From Octopus sinensis (taxonomy: Eukaryota): DNA of 64,000 nucleotides. The translations under genes were made by a program, and so were the position numbers. The notes under the pieces were generated by a model. It ran no database searches. It was not told the DNA's origin and was given only the letters and a program-made list of their open reading frames with translations. Position 1 is the first letter of the stretch, and each line of letters opens with the position of its first letter. Positions 27,565-40,050 of the stretch are shown here, in pieces. The DNA is taken from assembly GCF_006345805.1 (NCBI RefSeq), contig NC_043012.1:47678001-47742000 (forward strand), given 5' to 3'.

Positions 27565-28726
27565 TATATATTTATGTGTCTGTGTTATGTGGTGTAAAAA
27601 AATATATGTGTACAAATATGTACGTCTTTTCTACTGCGTAGAGCAGTAGAAGTGACGTAGAAGTTTGCTTAGCCAAAACACGTTCCTGTGTATGCTGGAC
27701 AAGTTTGATTTAGTACTACATGTGGCAGACCTATACTCCATGGTTAAAACGTGGTTAACGGGAAATTGAATGTTACTGGACGGATTGCCTCTGTGTCGAA
27801 GATCCACCCTTGTACCATATCGTGTCACGCTGATTCTGTTTAAGAATTTATTTCAAGGGGTTTCTGTGATAATCAATTAAACACTAATACAATGAGATAC
27901 TGCTGTAGTTGGGTGAATAATTGAAAACCCATAATCGAATATATGCGTGTATCTTTCTTTGTCTCTGTGTGTTTGTATATCTAATGCATTTGCTCACATG
28001 TATGTGTGTGTGTGTTTTTATGTGTCGGCATGTGTCTGTGTTTGTTTGTAGATACATAGATATATAGTTATGTACAAAGAAAGACATAAAAGGCAACTGA
28101 GAGATAAAATGAGTGATACTAAAATATATGGCAACAGAACTCGTTATGTTTCAAACAAATTAATATGCAATTAATATGGCATATCTTACTAACATTATAG
28201 TTTTAACACTGCTTGCAACGATTCCGGAACTTGGTTAGGAAACTTTCCTTTTCTACACAAAATAGAATATGAGAGCCCGAGCATAAATACAAGGATTCAA
28301 ATCTTTGTATGCATGTTGGGAATGATTCACATTTATCAATTAGCTTATGATCGAAATGATGACACATGGTGTGGAGCGCAGATAAAAGTGGGCTATATCC
28401 TCATGTGGTTAAATAATTAATCCATGCAGAAACTCTTTATCATCTTCCTTACATGTTTCTGTTTCTGTTGTGTGTTTGTGGTGTGTGTGTGTATATATAT
28501 GTAACTATGATATTGTTTGGAAAAAATGTTCTTTGCATATCTCCTTATCCTCTTGGAGCTTTTATGTAAAATTATACTAATGGGTCCTTCTAATTTAATC
28601 AAATTCTGTCTTTGTGCAGATGAAGATTGCTTATACATTTTGAATTGATGTAATGAAATGATTGCATTGTTCAATTAAATGGAGTCGCATGAAACGATCG
28701 TACTGCATTACCTCTGGATATCCTTG

Positions 28727-29131
28727 TTACTCTTTTACTTGTTTCAATCATTTGAATGCGGCCATGCTGGAGCACCGCCTTTAGTCGCGCAAATCGACCC
28801 CGGGACTTATTCTTTGTAAGCCTAGTACTTATTCTATCGGTCTCTTTTGCCGAACCGCTAGGTGACGGGTACGTAAACACACCAGCATCGGTTGTCAAGC
28901 AATGCTAGGGGGACAAACACAGACACACAAACACACACATACATAATATATATATATTATACATATATACGACAGGCTTCTTTCAGTTTCCGTCTACCAA
29001 ATCCACTCACAAGGCATTGGTCGGCCCGAGGCTAAAGTAGAAGACACTGCCCAAGATGCCACGCAGTGGGACTGAACCCGGGACCATTTGGTTGGTTAGC
29101 AAGCTACTTACCACACAGCCACTCCTGCGCC
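28727..29131 (-). mobile_element. SINE family A, full-length well-preserved copy
   Basis: Complete head, internal CA/TA tract, body and ttactctt-type tail. Confidence 0.9.
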
Positions 29132-29138
29132 TATTATG

Positions 29139-29182
<44 letters not shown>

Positions 29183-29456
29183 GCTTAAAAACATAAACAT
29201 ATTTAAATTCCATCAATCCTTAGATCTGTAACTCCTCATATCACACATTACAGTGGATTGATTGTTACCCACGGACATGGAATTTTACAAATATATTATC
29301 GCTGGGAATCGAAACAACAGTATGTAATTTGCACTTAATATTTCTTATTATGTATTATTTAATATTATATCATCATATGACTATAATATATAATATAATA
29401 TCATGTTAATAAATTTAAAGTTTTGAATTGACAATTGTACATCTGCATTCTTTTCA

Positions 29457-29492
<36 letters not shown>

Positions 29493-29858
29493 ATATATAT
29501 ATATATAAATATGTGTAAATTAAAATCATTTTATTCTATTTACAAAAGATTGTTGAAACTATGCATAGTCCAGGAAAGATAGGGTAAACGTTTTTATTTC
29601 TCTCTCTCTTTCAGAATTACAACTATTAGTAGTTTGGAGTTTAACTGGACTTTCTAGTGAGTCCGATGTCCTATTATGGTCATCTCTTATGTGTTTAAAT
29701 GCACACTTTATTTTTCTAAGATTAATATATAGTCTATTGACTATTCTTTCCTTTTCGCTAGACAACTGGTAGCGGAGCAGTTTTCTATAATTTTTCAAAA
29801 TTTATTTTTGCTACCGTAAAATTTATTAATTATATACATATATACATATACATACATG

Positions 29859-29933
<75 letters not shown>

Positions 29934-29938
<5 letters not shown>

Positions 29939-30840
29939 AATATTAGAGAGAATCCACTATGTGGATGTTCTTACGCTAAAAATAGATCCGCAGTTGTCTC
30001 AATCACTAAGAATTGTTCTCAAGAAAAATTTTAGCACAACTATGAACGTAAACGAGCAGGACAAATAAAAAATAACAAAAATATAGACCAACCCCAGACA
30101 ATTGTTTCACTGTTAATAAATTATGCAATTTTACTCACACAATGCATCTAGAGATCATCAGTGGGATTCGTCATGAAATATAATTTGTCGAACTAATATT
30201 TGTGTATTAATATTTACTAAATCTCAGTTTTTTATGCGCTAAACCACTTGGTGTTAAATTGATGTTATTAAATTAATATCCAATTTTTTCACCCTTATTT
30301 TAATTTTAATTATAAATTAATATGTTCTCAAACCGGCACTAACTACTGCAGTAAATTATTTATGCAGTATTTATTTCCGGTAATTTTGCCGCGCTCGAAC
30401 GAGGGCATTTGAACATAACTGCGAATATAACAGGCCGAACTATTCGTGTGTTTGACTTCGTGTTAATATCTAAGGTGCAGTTCGACAAATTATATTTCAT
30501 GACGAATCCCACTGATGATCTGCAAATGTATTGTGTAAGTAAAATTGCATAATTTATTAACAGTGAAACAATTGTCTGGGGTTAATCTATATTTTTGTAA
30601 TTTTTCATTTGTCCTGCTCGCTTACGTTCATAGTTGTGCTAAAATTTTTCTTGAGAACAATTCTTAGTGGTTGAGACCATTGCGGATCTATTTTTAGCGT
30701 AAGAGCGTCCACATAGTGGATTCTCTCTAATATTTGTGTATTAATATTTACTGAATCTCAGTTTTTTATGCGCTAAACCACTTAGTGTTAAATTGATGTT
30801 ATTAAATTAATATTCAATTTTTTCACCCTTATTTTGATTT

Positions 30841-30843
<3 letters not shown>
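29934..30843 (+). mobile_element. Non-autonomous Penelope-type element: inverted 5' arm plus partial tandem pLTR
   Basis: 29934-30194 is the reverse complement of 30479-30739; 30193-30311 directly repeats 30727-30843; ends in (TA)n. Confidence 0.85.
30507..30581 (+). ncRNA. Minimal type I hammerhead (mirror copy 30092-30166 on -)
   Basis: TCCCA-CTGATGA-T CTG...CAG T-GAAAC-AATT-GTC^-TGGGG; palindromic stem III. Confidence 0.8.
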
Positions 30844-30889
<46 letters not shown>

Positions 30890-30911
30890 CAGACAAATGT
30901 ATGTATATTCT

Positions 30912-31101
30912 GCTTGTCAGTGATTTGACTGCAGCTATGCTGGAGCAGCGCCTTTAGTCGAACAAATCGACCCCAGTACTTATTATTTGTAAGCCTAGTA
31001 CTTATTCTGTCGGATTCTTTTGCCGAAGCGTTAAGTTACGCGGTCGTAAACACACCAACATCGGTCGTCTAGAGATGGTGGGAGGACAGAGACTCATAAA
31101 T

Positions 31102-31149
<48 letters not shown>

Positions 31150-31286
31150 GACGGGCTTCTTTCAGTTTCCCTCTACCAAAATCCACCCACAAGGATTTGA
31201 TTTGCCTGAGGCCATTGTAGAAGAGGCTAACCGTAAGTGCCACGCAGTGGGACACTGAACCCGGAACCATTTGGTTGGAAACGAAC

Positions 31287-31290
<4 letters not shown>
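30912..31290 (-). mobile_element. SINE family A copy
   Basis: Colinear with 28727-29131, with an expanded internal (TA)n. Confidence 0.85.
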
Positions 31291-31369
<79 letters not shown>

Positions 31370-32174
31370 CATGCGTATTTAGAGAAGGATGTGTAGGTTA
31401 CTCTCACACATGGTGAAATACATTGAGATCTATGTGCGCTCACCTATAAATCATTTTATGAAGTTTTATTACAGTGTACTTTTTTACTTGTTTCTTCTTT
31501 TTTATCCGTTCTTATTGATTTTTCTCTTTTGCCTGCGATTATTGTGTTTTTTATGTACTGTCTAATTATTTGCTACATTACAGTACATATATTTTATTTT
31601 CCAACGTCTCTTCTGTTAATTTGGTTGATTAAGAAAAATCGGTGTATAAAGTTATTTGCACGAGGGAAATGAAAACAACTTAATTTAATAATAAGCAGAG
31701 AGTAAATTTTTTACTTCAAGTGACACAGCTAGTGTCAGATAATTGCAGCATGGTTCTCGACAACAGGTGCCTGAAAGATAAAAAATGTTTCAAAAAATGT
31801 ACATACAATGACAAAACTGATTAAATAGTGCTAAAACTAAATAAGCATCGCATAGTTTACTAATTAGAATCTAATGAGAAAACAACATTTTTAGAGATCC
31901 ACAAGGTATACTGCGAGCTGGTAAAACATGCAGTTATATCGCTGTCTGTTATTGCAAATTATATATATTGAATTATGCTATTTATACTATGTATTTGCAA
32001 AAGATTATACCTAGGAATTAGGAATGTTTTTGGAGGCTAAAATACAGAGTAATGATCATAGTGTATATTACATTAGTCGGGTATAATATGCAGTGTTATA
32101 GTATTTAATTATACATATCTAATTATATGGTCAAAGTACAATTGAACATTTTCACTTGTATTTCGCAATACCTA

Positions 32175-32585
32175 GGCGCAGGCGTGGCTGTGTGGTAAGA
32201 AGCTTCCTTCTGAACCACATGGTTCCTGGTTCAGTCCCACTCCATACCACATTTGGTAAGTGTCTTCTACTATATCCTCGAGCCACCTAAAAGCCTTGTA
32301 AATGGATTTGGTATAAAGAAACTAAAAGAAGCCCTTTACATATATATATATATTTTTTTAAATATATATATATATGCGTGTGTGTATGAGGGGTGCCTTT
32401 GTGTTTGTCGTGATGTGTTGATGTGTTTACGTCCAAGGAACAATGGTGGTTCGGCAAAAAAATACCGATAAAATAAGTGTTAGGCTTTAAAGAGATTTGT
32501 CCTGGGGTCAATTTCTTCGACTAAAACTCTTTAAGATGGTGCTCCAGCATGGACACCGTCTAATGACTGAAAGAATTAAAAACAA
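32175..32585 (+). mobile_element. SINE family A full copy
   Basis: ggcgcaggcgtggctgtgtggtaagaagct head through ggtgctccagcatgg tail. Confidence 0.85.
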
Positions 32586-34389
32586 AGAAGGTATTTCTTT
32601 CGGCCTTACTTAACTGTGTATAGTGAATAATAAGCTTAGTGAGGAAACGTTTTAGAGTTATAATAACATTTTATTCGTAAGCATCGTAGAAGTCTCCAGT
32701 ATTTATTAGTGAACGGAGATTGAATACTATATTTCATAATCTGTGCCTCGGCTTATGTCTAAGAAATTCCAGTACGTTTATTTGGTTACTGTGTAAAAAA
32801 ATATAAACACTAATAATTATATTAGTTTCAGTAAAGAAAGGGTTATGATTATTATATAAGTTACCCCATTCCTCAACTACATCTACACACTTGATATGTG
32901 TGCATATTGAGTTCATATTTAACTGAGGTTGACTTTGCCTCCCATCAGTTTGGATCGATAAAATAAGTACCCACTGAGTACTGTCGTAAATGTAATCGAC
33001 CTAAACACGCTTTCGAAATTGCCGGTGTTGTGCCAAAATTAGAAACCAATATTTGTACATATTGATATATTTAATGAATTACTATGACAACATACATGTA
33101 TTACATATTATATGCCTGTGGATATTTTCACGCAGAAAACCCGGCATGTTCAAACACACACACACACACACACGTACACACATACAACAGACACATACGC
33201 ACATGCACACAATTCATGTATTTGTATATATGTTTATGAACATATAATTTGTAGTCCTTTGGATCCTCCTAAATCTGAGTTAAAACTATTGTCAAGAAAC
33301 GTTTCACAGTTCACAATTCCCTGAGTGGAAAAAAATGAACTTGCTATGAGGTTATATAATGGGATAACATTCTGTCAGCTATGCATTACTGATCGTCTTA
33401 TTCCTTAAATTGACCTTATTCTTAATGAACAAATCAATAACTTGTATTAAATATCTTTCAATTGTTTTCAACGGTTTCCTCGAACAGCGTCACGATTACT
33501 TTAGAAGTTTGAATATTAATGGCGTTAATCTTGTTATTTAGTCCAGGTCAGTACAGATGTAATAGAACTATAATCAAAGTCCTTCTATTTCTGACCATCC
33601 AGTTCTATTTTACACACAGTGTATTTAAGCCGGTTTTGCAATTTCAAGGTCGATGAACCAGATATATGTTTCTTTTTAACTCGTTATATTGCAATGTTTT
33701 TACACATTAGTTACACAAGTAATTTAGTTGTCATTAACTAAAGTGTGTTATGTTTAATAGCGCACGAGGATGTCCTAGCATATGCAGTAAATGAATAAAA
33801 CGCAGAATACTGCTAAATCTGTAAAGACGTTAAGCACGGCATAAAGCATTTTGTAGATTCTTTAAATCGCCAAGTATCGCAATTGCTCTGCTTTAAAACT
33901 TCATTAATATTATATATTATACGTAGAGTTTTGTGCTTAAATTAGAAATTATTTTATGTAATACCTGTACTTGTAAAACCTATACGCGCAAACTTGTTTC
34001 GAAAGAATATTGTAAACGTGGGAAGAAGATTACAGATGAATTTCTCTGTAGAGATACAGGTGTAGATTACGTATCTTACAAGATAATTAAGCATAGTGTA
34101 AAGGCAATCGAATGTTACAAATTATTTCTCTCGCTAATTATACATATACATAAACGCGAACATTTACCCAAACTCACAAACTATACACATCACACAGATA
34201 CACACTCACACAAGCACACATACACACAAACACACACATATATATACACACATCTATGTATATATACATATACATACAAGCACACGCGCATACGCAAACA
34301 GATGTACACTTACACGCATGCTCCAAAATATTACGAAGTGTCAATTGAATCCATAGCGGAGGAGCTGTCTACCTGACCTAAAGCAGTCA

Positions 34390-34617
34390 CTCCTCCTCCT
34401 CCTCTTTCTTCTTCTTCTTCTTCGTCTTCTTCATCGTCTTCTTCTTCGTCTTCTTCCTTTTCTTCTTCTTGTTCTTCTTGTTCTTCTTCTTCTTGTTTAT
34501 TCTTCCTCTACTACTTCTTCGCCTTCTCCTTATTCTTCTTATTCTTCTTCTTCGTCTTCTTCGTCTTCTTGTTTTCTTCTTCTTCGTCTTCTTCTTCTGC
34601 TGCTGCTGCGACTACTA

Positions 34618-34664
<47 letters not shown>

Positions 34665-34712
34665 GCTGCTGCTACTGCTGCTGCTGCTGCTACTACTACT
34701 ACTACTACTACA
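34390..34712. repeat. Compound trinucleotide microsatellite (CTT/CTA/CTG)
   Basis: Read directly. Confidence 0.95.
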
Positions 34713-35305
34713 TATATGTATGTATTTATGCATATATATCTATTTATTCCTGTATCTATCCATCTGTCTATATGTGTGTATGCATCAGTATCTCTTTCTT
34801 ATGCAGAAATGCATATACTTACCTACATGCAAACATAGACCCATAGTACATACCTGCGCATAGATACATATATACATACATACAAATATATCAAACATAT
34901 ACATATATATATATGTGCGTGTGTGTATGTGTTTTAGGTATGCGTGTGCAACCACACACACACGCAGATAGATATAATTAAATATCATACTTAATTTGTC
35001 TAGTGTGTGATGTAGTTTTAGTATTAGTTCTGTATCTTTACGACACTGTAAAAGAAAATTGCTTTAAATAAGTAATTTAAATTGTTTCAGGTGCATCCAG
35101 TGTAAATATTACATGTTGCAGAATACGAATATGTTTTCTACCGATTCTTCTAAATGCGTAATAAGACGGAGAAAAGTCCAGATAAAGTGTCCTTGCATCT
35201 TTACAAACCGCAAAGAAGTAGGCTACACAACCTCAATTTTAGTTTAACCGAGTGAAAAAGAAAACGTAAGTAGGGTTATATATACACAGCGGCAGATATA
35301 TATAT

Positions 35306-35938
35306 ATTCAAACACATAAGAGATGACCAATAATAATACATCTGACTCACTAGAAAGAGCAGTTAAAACTGCACTAATAGTTGCTGTTCTGAAAGAGAAT
35401 GAAAAATAAGAACATTTACCCTATTTTACCTAGACTATGCATAGTTTCTGCAATCTTATATGAATTAAAATAAAATAATTCCAATTTATATCTGGCGCTG
35501 CTTCGTCATTAGGATGCCAGGGATCGAACATTTGGATACGAAGCGATAAGTAGCATGCCACGTGTCTATATGTTATAATTTTTCGAATCCTTCGCGCAAA
35601 TGTGGAACTAACCGGTAGTAAATAAATTGTCGATTTTCTTTCAAAATTAGCCCAAAAACCTTTTATCATTAATTAAACATCTTAGGGTAGCAAAAATATT
35701 TATAGAAAAATGCTTTGCTACCAGTGGTCTAGCGAGAAGTTGCAACTATTAGTGGCTTGGAGTTTTAACTGCTCTTTTTAGTGAGCGAGATATTCTATTT
35801 TTTGGTTATCTCTTATGTGTTTGAATGTCCACTGTATTGTTCTATGAATAATATACAGTCTATTGACTAATTCTTTCCTTCTCGCTAGACCACTAGTAGC
35901 AAATGATTTTTCTATAAATATTTTTGCTACCCTAAGAT
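35306..35938. mobile_element. Penelope-type element with two inversions
   Basis: 35306-35385 inverted at ~35742-35826 and 35679-35738 inverted at 35879-35938; same family as 29510-29830 (+). Confidence 0.75.
35429..35513 (-). ncRNA. Minimal hammerhead with C3A core lesion
   Basis: CCTA-ATGACGA-A GCA...TGC A-GAAAC-TATGCATA-GTC^-TAGG. Confidence 0.6.
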
Positions 35939-35949
35939 TTATCTCTCTT

Positions 35950-36056
<107 letters not shown>

Positions 36057-36721
36057 CCACTGTGTCCTAAGAGGATGGCTTCCAAACTACATGGTTGTAG
36101 GATCGGTCCCACTGCGTAAAATAAAGTACTTAAATATTTCTCATATGCTAAATCACAGCTAATCAACTGTTTGCAACATTAATATAAACTTTCGTAAACC
36201 TATATGTTGCTAAGAGAGTAAATCTTTTATATGATAATAGCCTGCTTTGTCTTCTGAAAACAGCACGGTACAAATGAGTGCTGTTGAATGCTTCATTGCA
36301 TGATATCATTATTCGGTGCCTTATATAACAATGATTCAATTGTTTATACAAGATTGCTATCGATAATACAGACTTATGAAAGAAAATGGTCCCAATAAGA
36401 ATAACAACTTGGCTACTAGGCGGATGATCTAATATCTAATGAAATTCGTTTTACTTCATACAAGTACTTTACTTACTCACAATATTTCAATTTCCAACTA
36501 CGCTGTATGAATATTGTATGTATGCATAATGAACTCTCGGATTATTTTGAGTATTCCACACATCATTAATTGCTCGCACAATGATATAGGGATGTGTGTG
36601 TGCTTGGACTTGACACGCGATTTACTATCAAAATATGTGTTGCATTTGTTCAGAACGATTGAAATTACATTAAATTACAAGCAAAATTTATTTATACGTT
36701 ATGTAAATGTATATGCATGTC

Positions 36722-36775
<54 letters not shown>

Positions 36776-36960
36776 ACAAAGGGTAAAATTAATTAATTAA
36801 GAAGTAATCAATAATTTCACCAAGTAGAATTCGGCATGAAAAAAGAACCATTTCATGGTAAACTTAAGTAATACTTAATAAATAGTGTTCAGCAAAGATT
36901 TGCTTTAACACAAACTTCGGTATGTGGTAAAGCAAATCTTTGCTGAACCCTATTTATTAA

Positions 36961-37005
<45 letters not shown>

Positions 37006-37076
37006 GAGAATGTTTAGCGTAATAAGATAAAAATAACCCAATGCTGTATAGATATTAGAGCATTTATAGATGGAAG

Positions 37077-37131
37077 GTCTTACAGCTGTTTCTAGGATAT
37101 TAATTAATAATAATATCCCTTCATCGGAGAC
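37077..37131 (-). ncRNA. Minimal hammerhead, CCGAUGA variant
   Basis: GTCT-CCGATGA-A GGGATATT...AATATCCT A-GAAAC-AGCT-GTA^-AGAC. Confidence 0.7.
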
Positions 37132-37586
37132 AGTGTGAGAGGAAACGTTAAGTCATAGTCAGTTTCGATGTGATATAAATAGAGAGGGAGGTGAGGGAAA
37201 GAAAATAGATCTAAGATATGTATGGTATTGAATTTGTAAATCCGTTTTATAGGCATAATGGTATATATGCAATATTCCAATATCCTTTCACTAAAATCCA
37301 AAAGTCCAACAGAGTTTAATATGAGTTCTTCCAAATATAAAGCAATATAAGATTCCCTTAAACTTGGTCATTCCCAGTAGGGAATTTATATAAATTGCCT
37401 ACTGGGAATGACCAAGTTTTTTCATCTTATTACGCACAAAATTCTTGTATACACACGCTAACATAGATCCAGCCTTGAACCCTTTATTCGCAATATTACC
37501 GAATCTGGAACTTGACTATGGTCTGTCTGTATCACTTATTCAACACTGTCTGACATCTTTGGGTCTCTATGACACCATTAACCCCT

Positions 37587-37655
<69 letters not shown>

Positions 37656-37823
37656 TGGTAAGACAACAAAGGAATGAAAGACACATCGATATTATGTAAA
37701 TAGACGATATAGTATATTTGATTGCCTCGGTAACTGACGAGATGTCGGAGTAGGTTTCCGCCACGACATCCGAAACTAGGTGTCTTAATATGGCATCCGA
37801 ATAATTGTCACATATTATAAAAT

Positions 37824-37859
<36 letters not shown>

Positions 37860-38102
37860 TATATATATATATACATGTACATATATGCACATGTGTGCGT
37901 GTGCGCGTGTGTGTATATGTGTTGGTGTATGCATGTATATGTGATGGTGTATGCATGTTTATGTCTGTGTGTCTAACGCTGAGGCTAAAAATATTTCACG
38001 AATGCTCAGAGTTACATGGTGGTTGAGGAGCACCTGATAAATACGATCCACTTGATTGAATATCTAAATAAACTATGTCAAACGACGGAGATCCACTTTT
38101 CC

Positions 38103-38149
<47 letters not shown>

Positions 38150-38873
38150 GCACACATAAAAATGTGTTTGAATGATATACATTATTTAAATATATATTAT
38201 TTATGGATATGTATACTGCATACTTATGCGAATATGCAAATACATATATCTATGCATGTATACATACATGTAAGTATGTATTGAATGTTAAATGTTTCCC
38301 AATCAAAAGATGTCTTTGTATACTGTATCTCAGAGGCAGATTTATTGAACAAAGGAAACTGGAATTTCAATATTGTTTTCTATCTAAAACCATGCTTGCT
38401 TCAAAATATTTATATATCTACGCATCAGGATATGCAATGATATATTTCAAAAAATCAATATCATTTCAACTTTAATGTAGAATATTCATTCATTGAATAC
38501 CAAAATAAAATGAGATTTTATTTTATATTTGGAATTTAATTATTAATATTTCTGAGTTCTTTTAGTCTCATATCAAAACAGTTATCTGAATATTTCAGAA
38601 AACCTGCCGTTTCCACTTGCAATAATTGTTTACAATTTTGACATCATATATCGTATGTTTCAGATATCATATCACTTCCAAATATTATATAATCTTGGAA
38701 TGAATGTAGCATATTTGAAAGTATGTGTTAGTGTGTGCATACACGCAGACAGCAACAGATACACACGCACACACACTCACACACCTCTATACATACATAT
38801 TCATACAAACCTGCAAACACGCACATATATATAATCGTACAAACATACACTCTCTCTCTCACACACACACACA

Positions 38874-38924
<51 letters not shown>

Positions 38925-39155
38925 CAGTGATCGTAGACCTCGTATATCGATATAGGATGGTGAAGTTCTGACGAACAAGGCTGCAGTGCAGTCCTTCAAA
39001 GCGGATATCGGTCCAAATTTGTGGATTAGTAGAGTATAAGAGAAATTCATCGAAACTTAATGTCCAATGCTAATCATCATAAATACATTTTAATTTACAT
39101 TTGTTTCTTACAAATTTTTTATAAAACATATTTAATTTACTTTCATAATTCATAC

Positions 39156-39305
39156 CTCTTTGTAGTAAAATATAATTGATAGTATGACAAAAGCAAAAAT
39201 AGAAAACGATTCACAATGACAGAAATTTGATTTGTTTCAAATATTATACAACATATCTTGTATATATTCAAGACTGTTTGTAATTTGATAGTCCAATACA
39301 CAATC
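39156..39305 (-). pseudogene. CATSPERG-like pseudo-exon with internal stop
   Basis: ag|DCVLDYQITNSLEYIQDMLYNI*NKSNFCHCESFSIFAFVILSIIFYYKE|gtatga; the end resembles [20 protein letters not shown]. Confidence 0.45.
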
Positions 39306-39955
39306 CTATTCATTTTTGAAAATATCTATACTTTTCAATTTACATAAATAATACAATGGGAATACCATTTCGTAGGATACCTAATCAGCAGTCAAGCATA
39401 TGTAATTTCTAACATATAATCTCCAACACCAAATATAACTTTGAATGCGATGTACAGATGAAAAATATATCTAACAACTTCAATATAATTATCTTTACGA
39501 TCTTCCTGTAGGGCAATTTTATTGTATACATTCCATGTTAGATGATTCTTTAATAGTTCAATATTTCACACACACTTTCATTTACAAAGAAGATAAACTT
39601 CCAGAAATATGTTAAAAGCCATCGTTTATTATTTACCAACTTTTCTTTCAATTGATAAAAGGCTTTCGGGAGATCACCTGCTGAAACATCAAAATCCCAG
39701 TTTCTAAATTCTTTACATGCTAATTGTTGGAAATGAAAGGAACTGATGTGGATAGTAATGTTTACACTAAAGTTATGAATGAAAGTCAATACACATACAG
39801 ATTGTTATAAAGTAAATGTTATCAAATGAAAACGCTAGCATTATTGGAACGACACTGACTATATATATATATATATGCACTAAAGTGACGTGCATTTATA
39901 GAGGCTTGGGCGTATATATAGTAGACTCATTGTTTTCAAAACCAGAATAATGGAA

Positions 39956-40050
39956 CTTCAATAAAAAAAATATCAATTTTCCGTAACAGATCATAACTAC
40001 CATTACTTTGCTTGGAATGTAGTCCAAATAATTTTATTTGGGCTGTTCTG
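39956..40050 (-). pseudogene. CATSPERG-like pseudo-exon with frameshift
   Basis: QNSP, frameshift, then YLDYIPSKVMVVMICYGKLIFFLLK (40030-39956), ungapped against [31 protein letters not shown]. Confidence 0.65.

Noticed and set aside
39637-39719. Clean AG/GT-bounded open segment CKEFRNWDFDVSAGDLPKAFYQLKEKL (similar case at ~14650-14745)
   Set aside because: Could be further pseudogene exons but cannot be placed unambiguously on CATSPERG.
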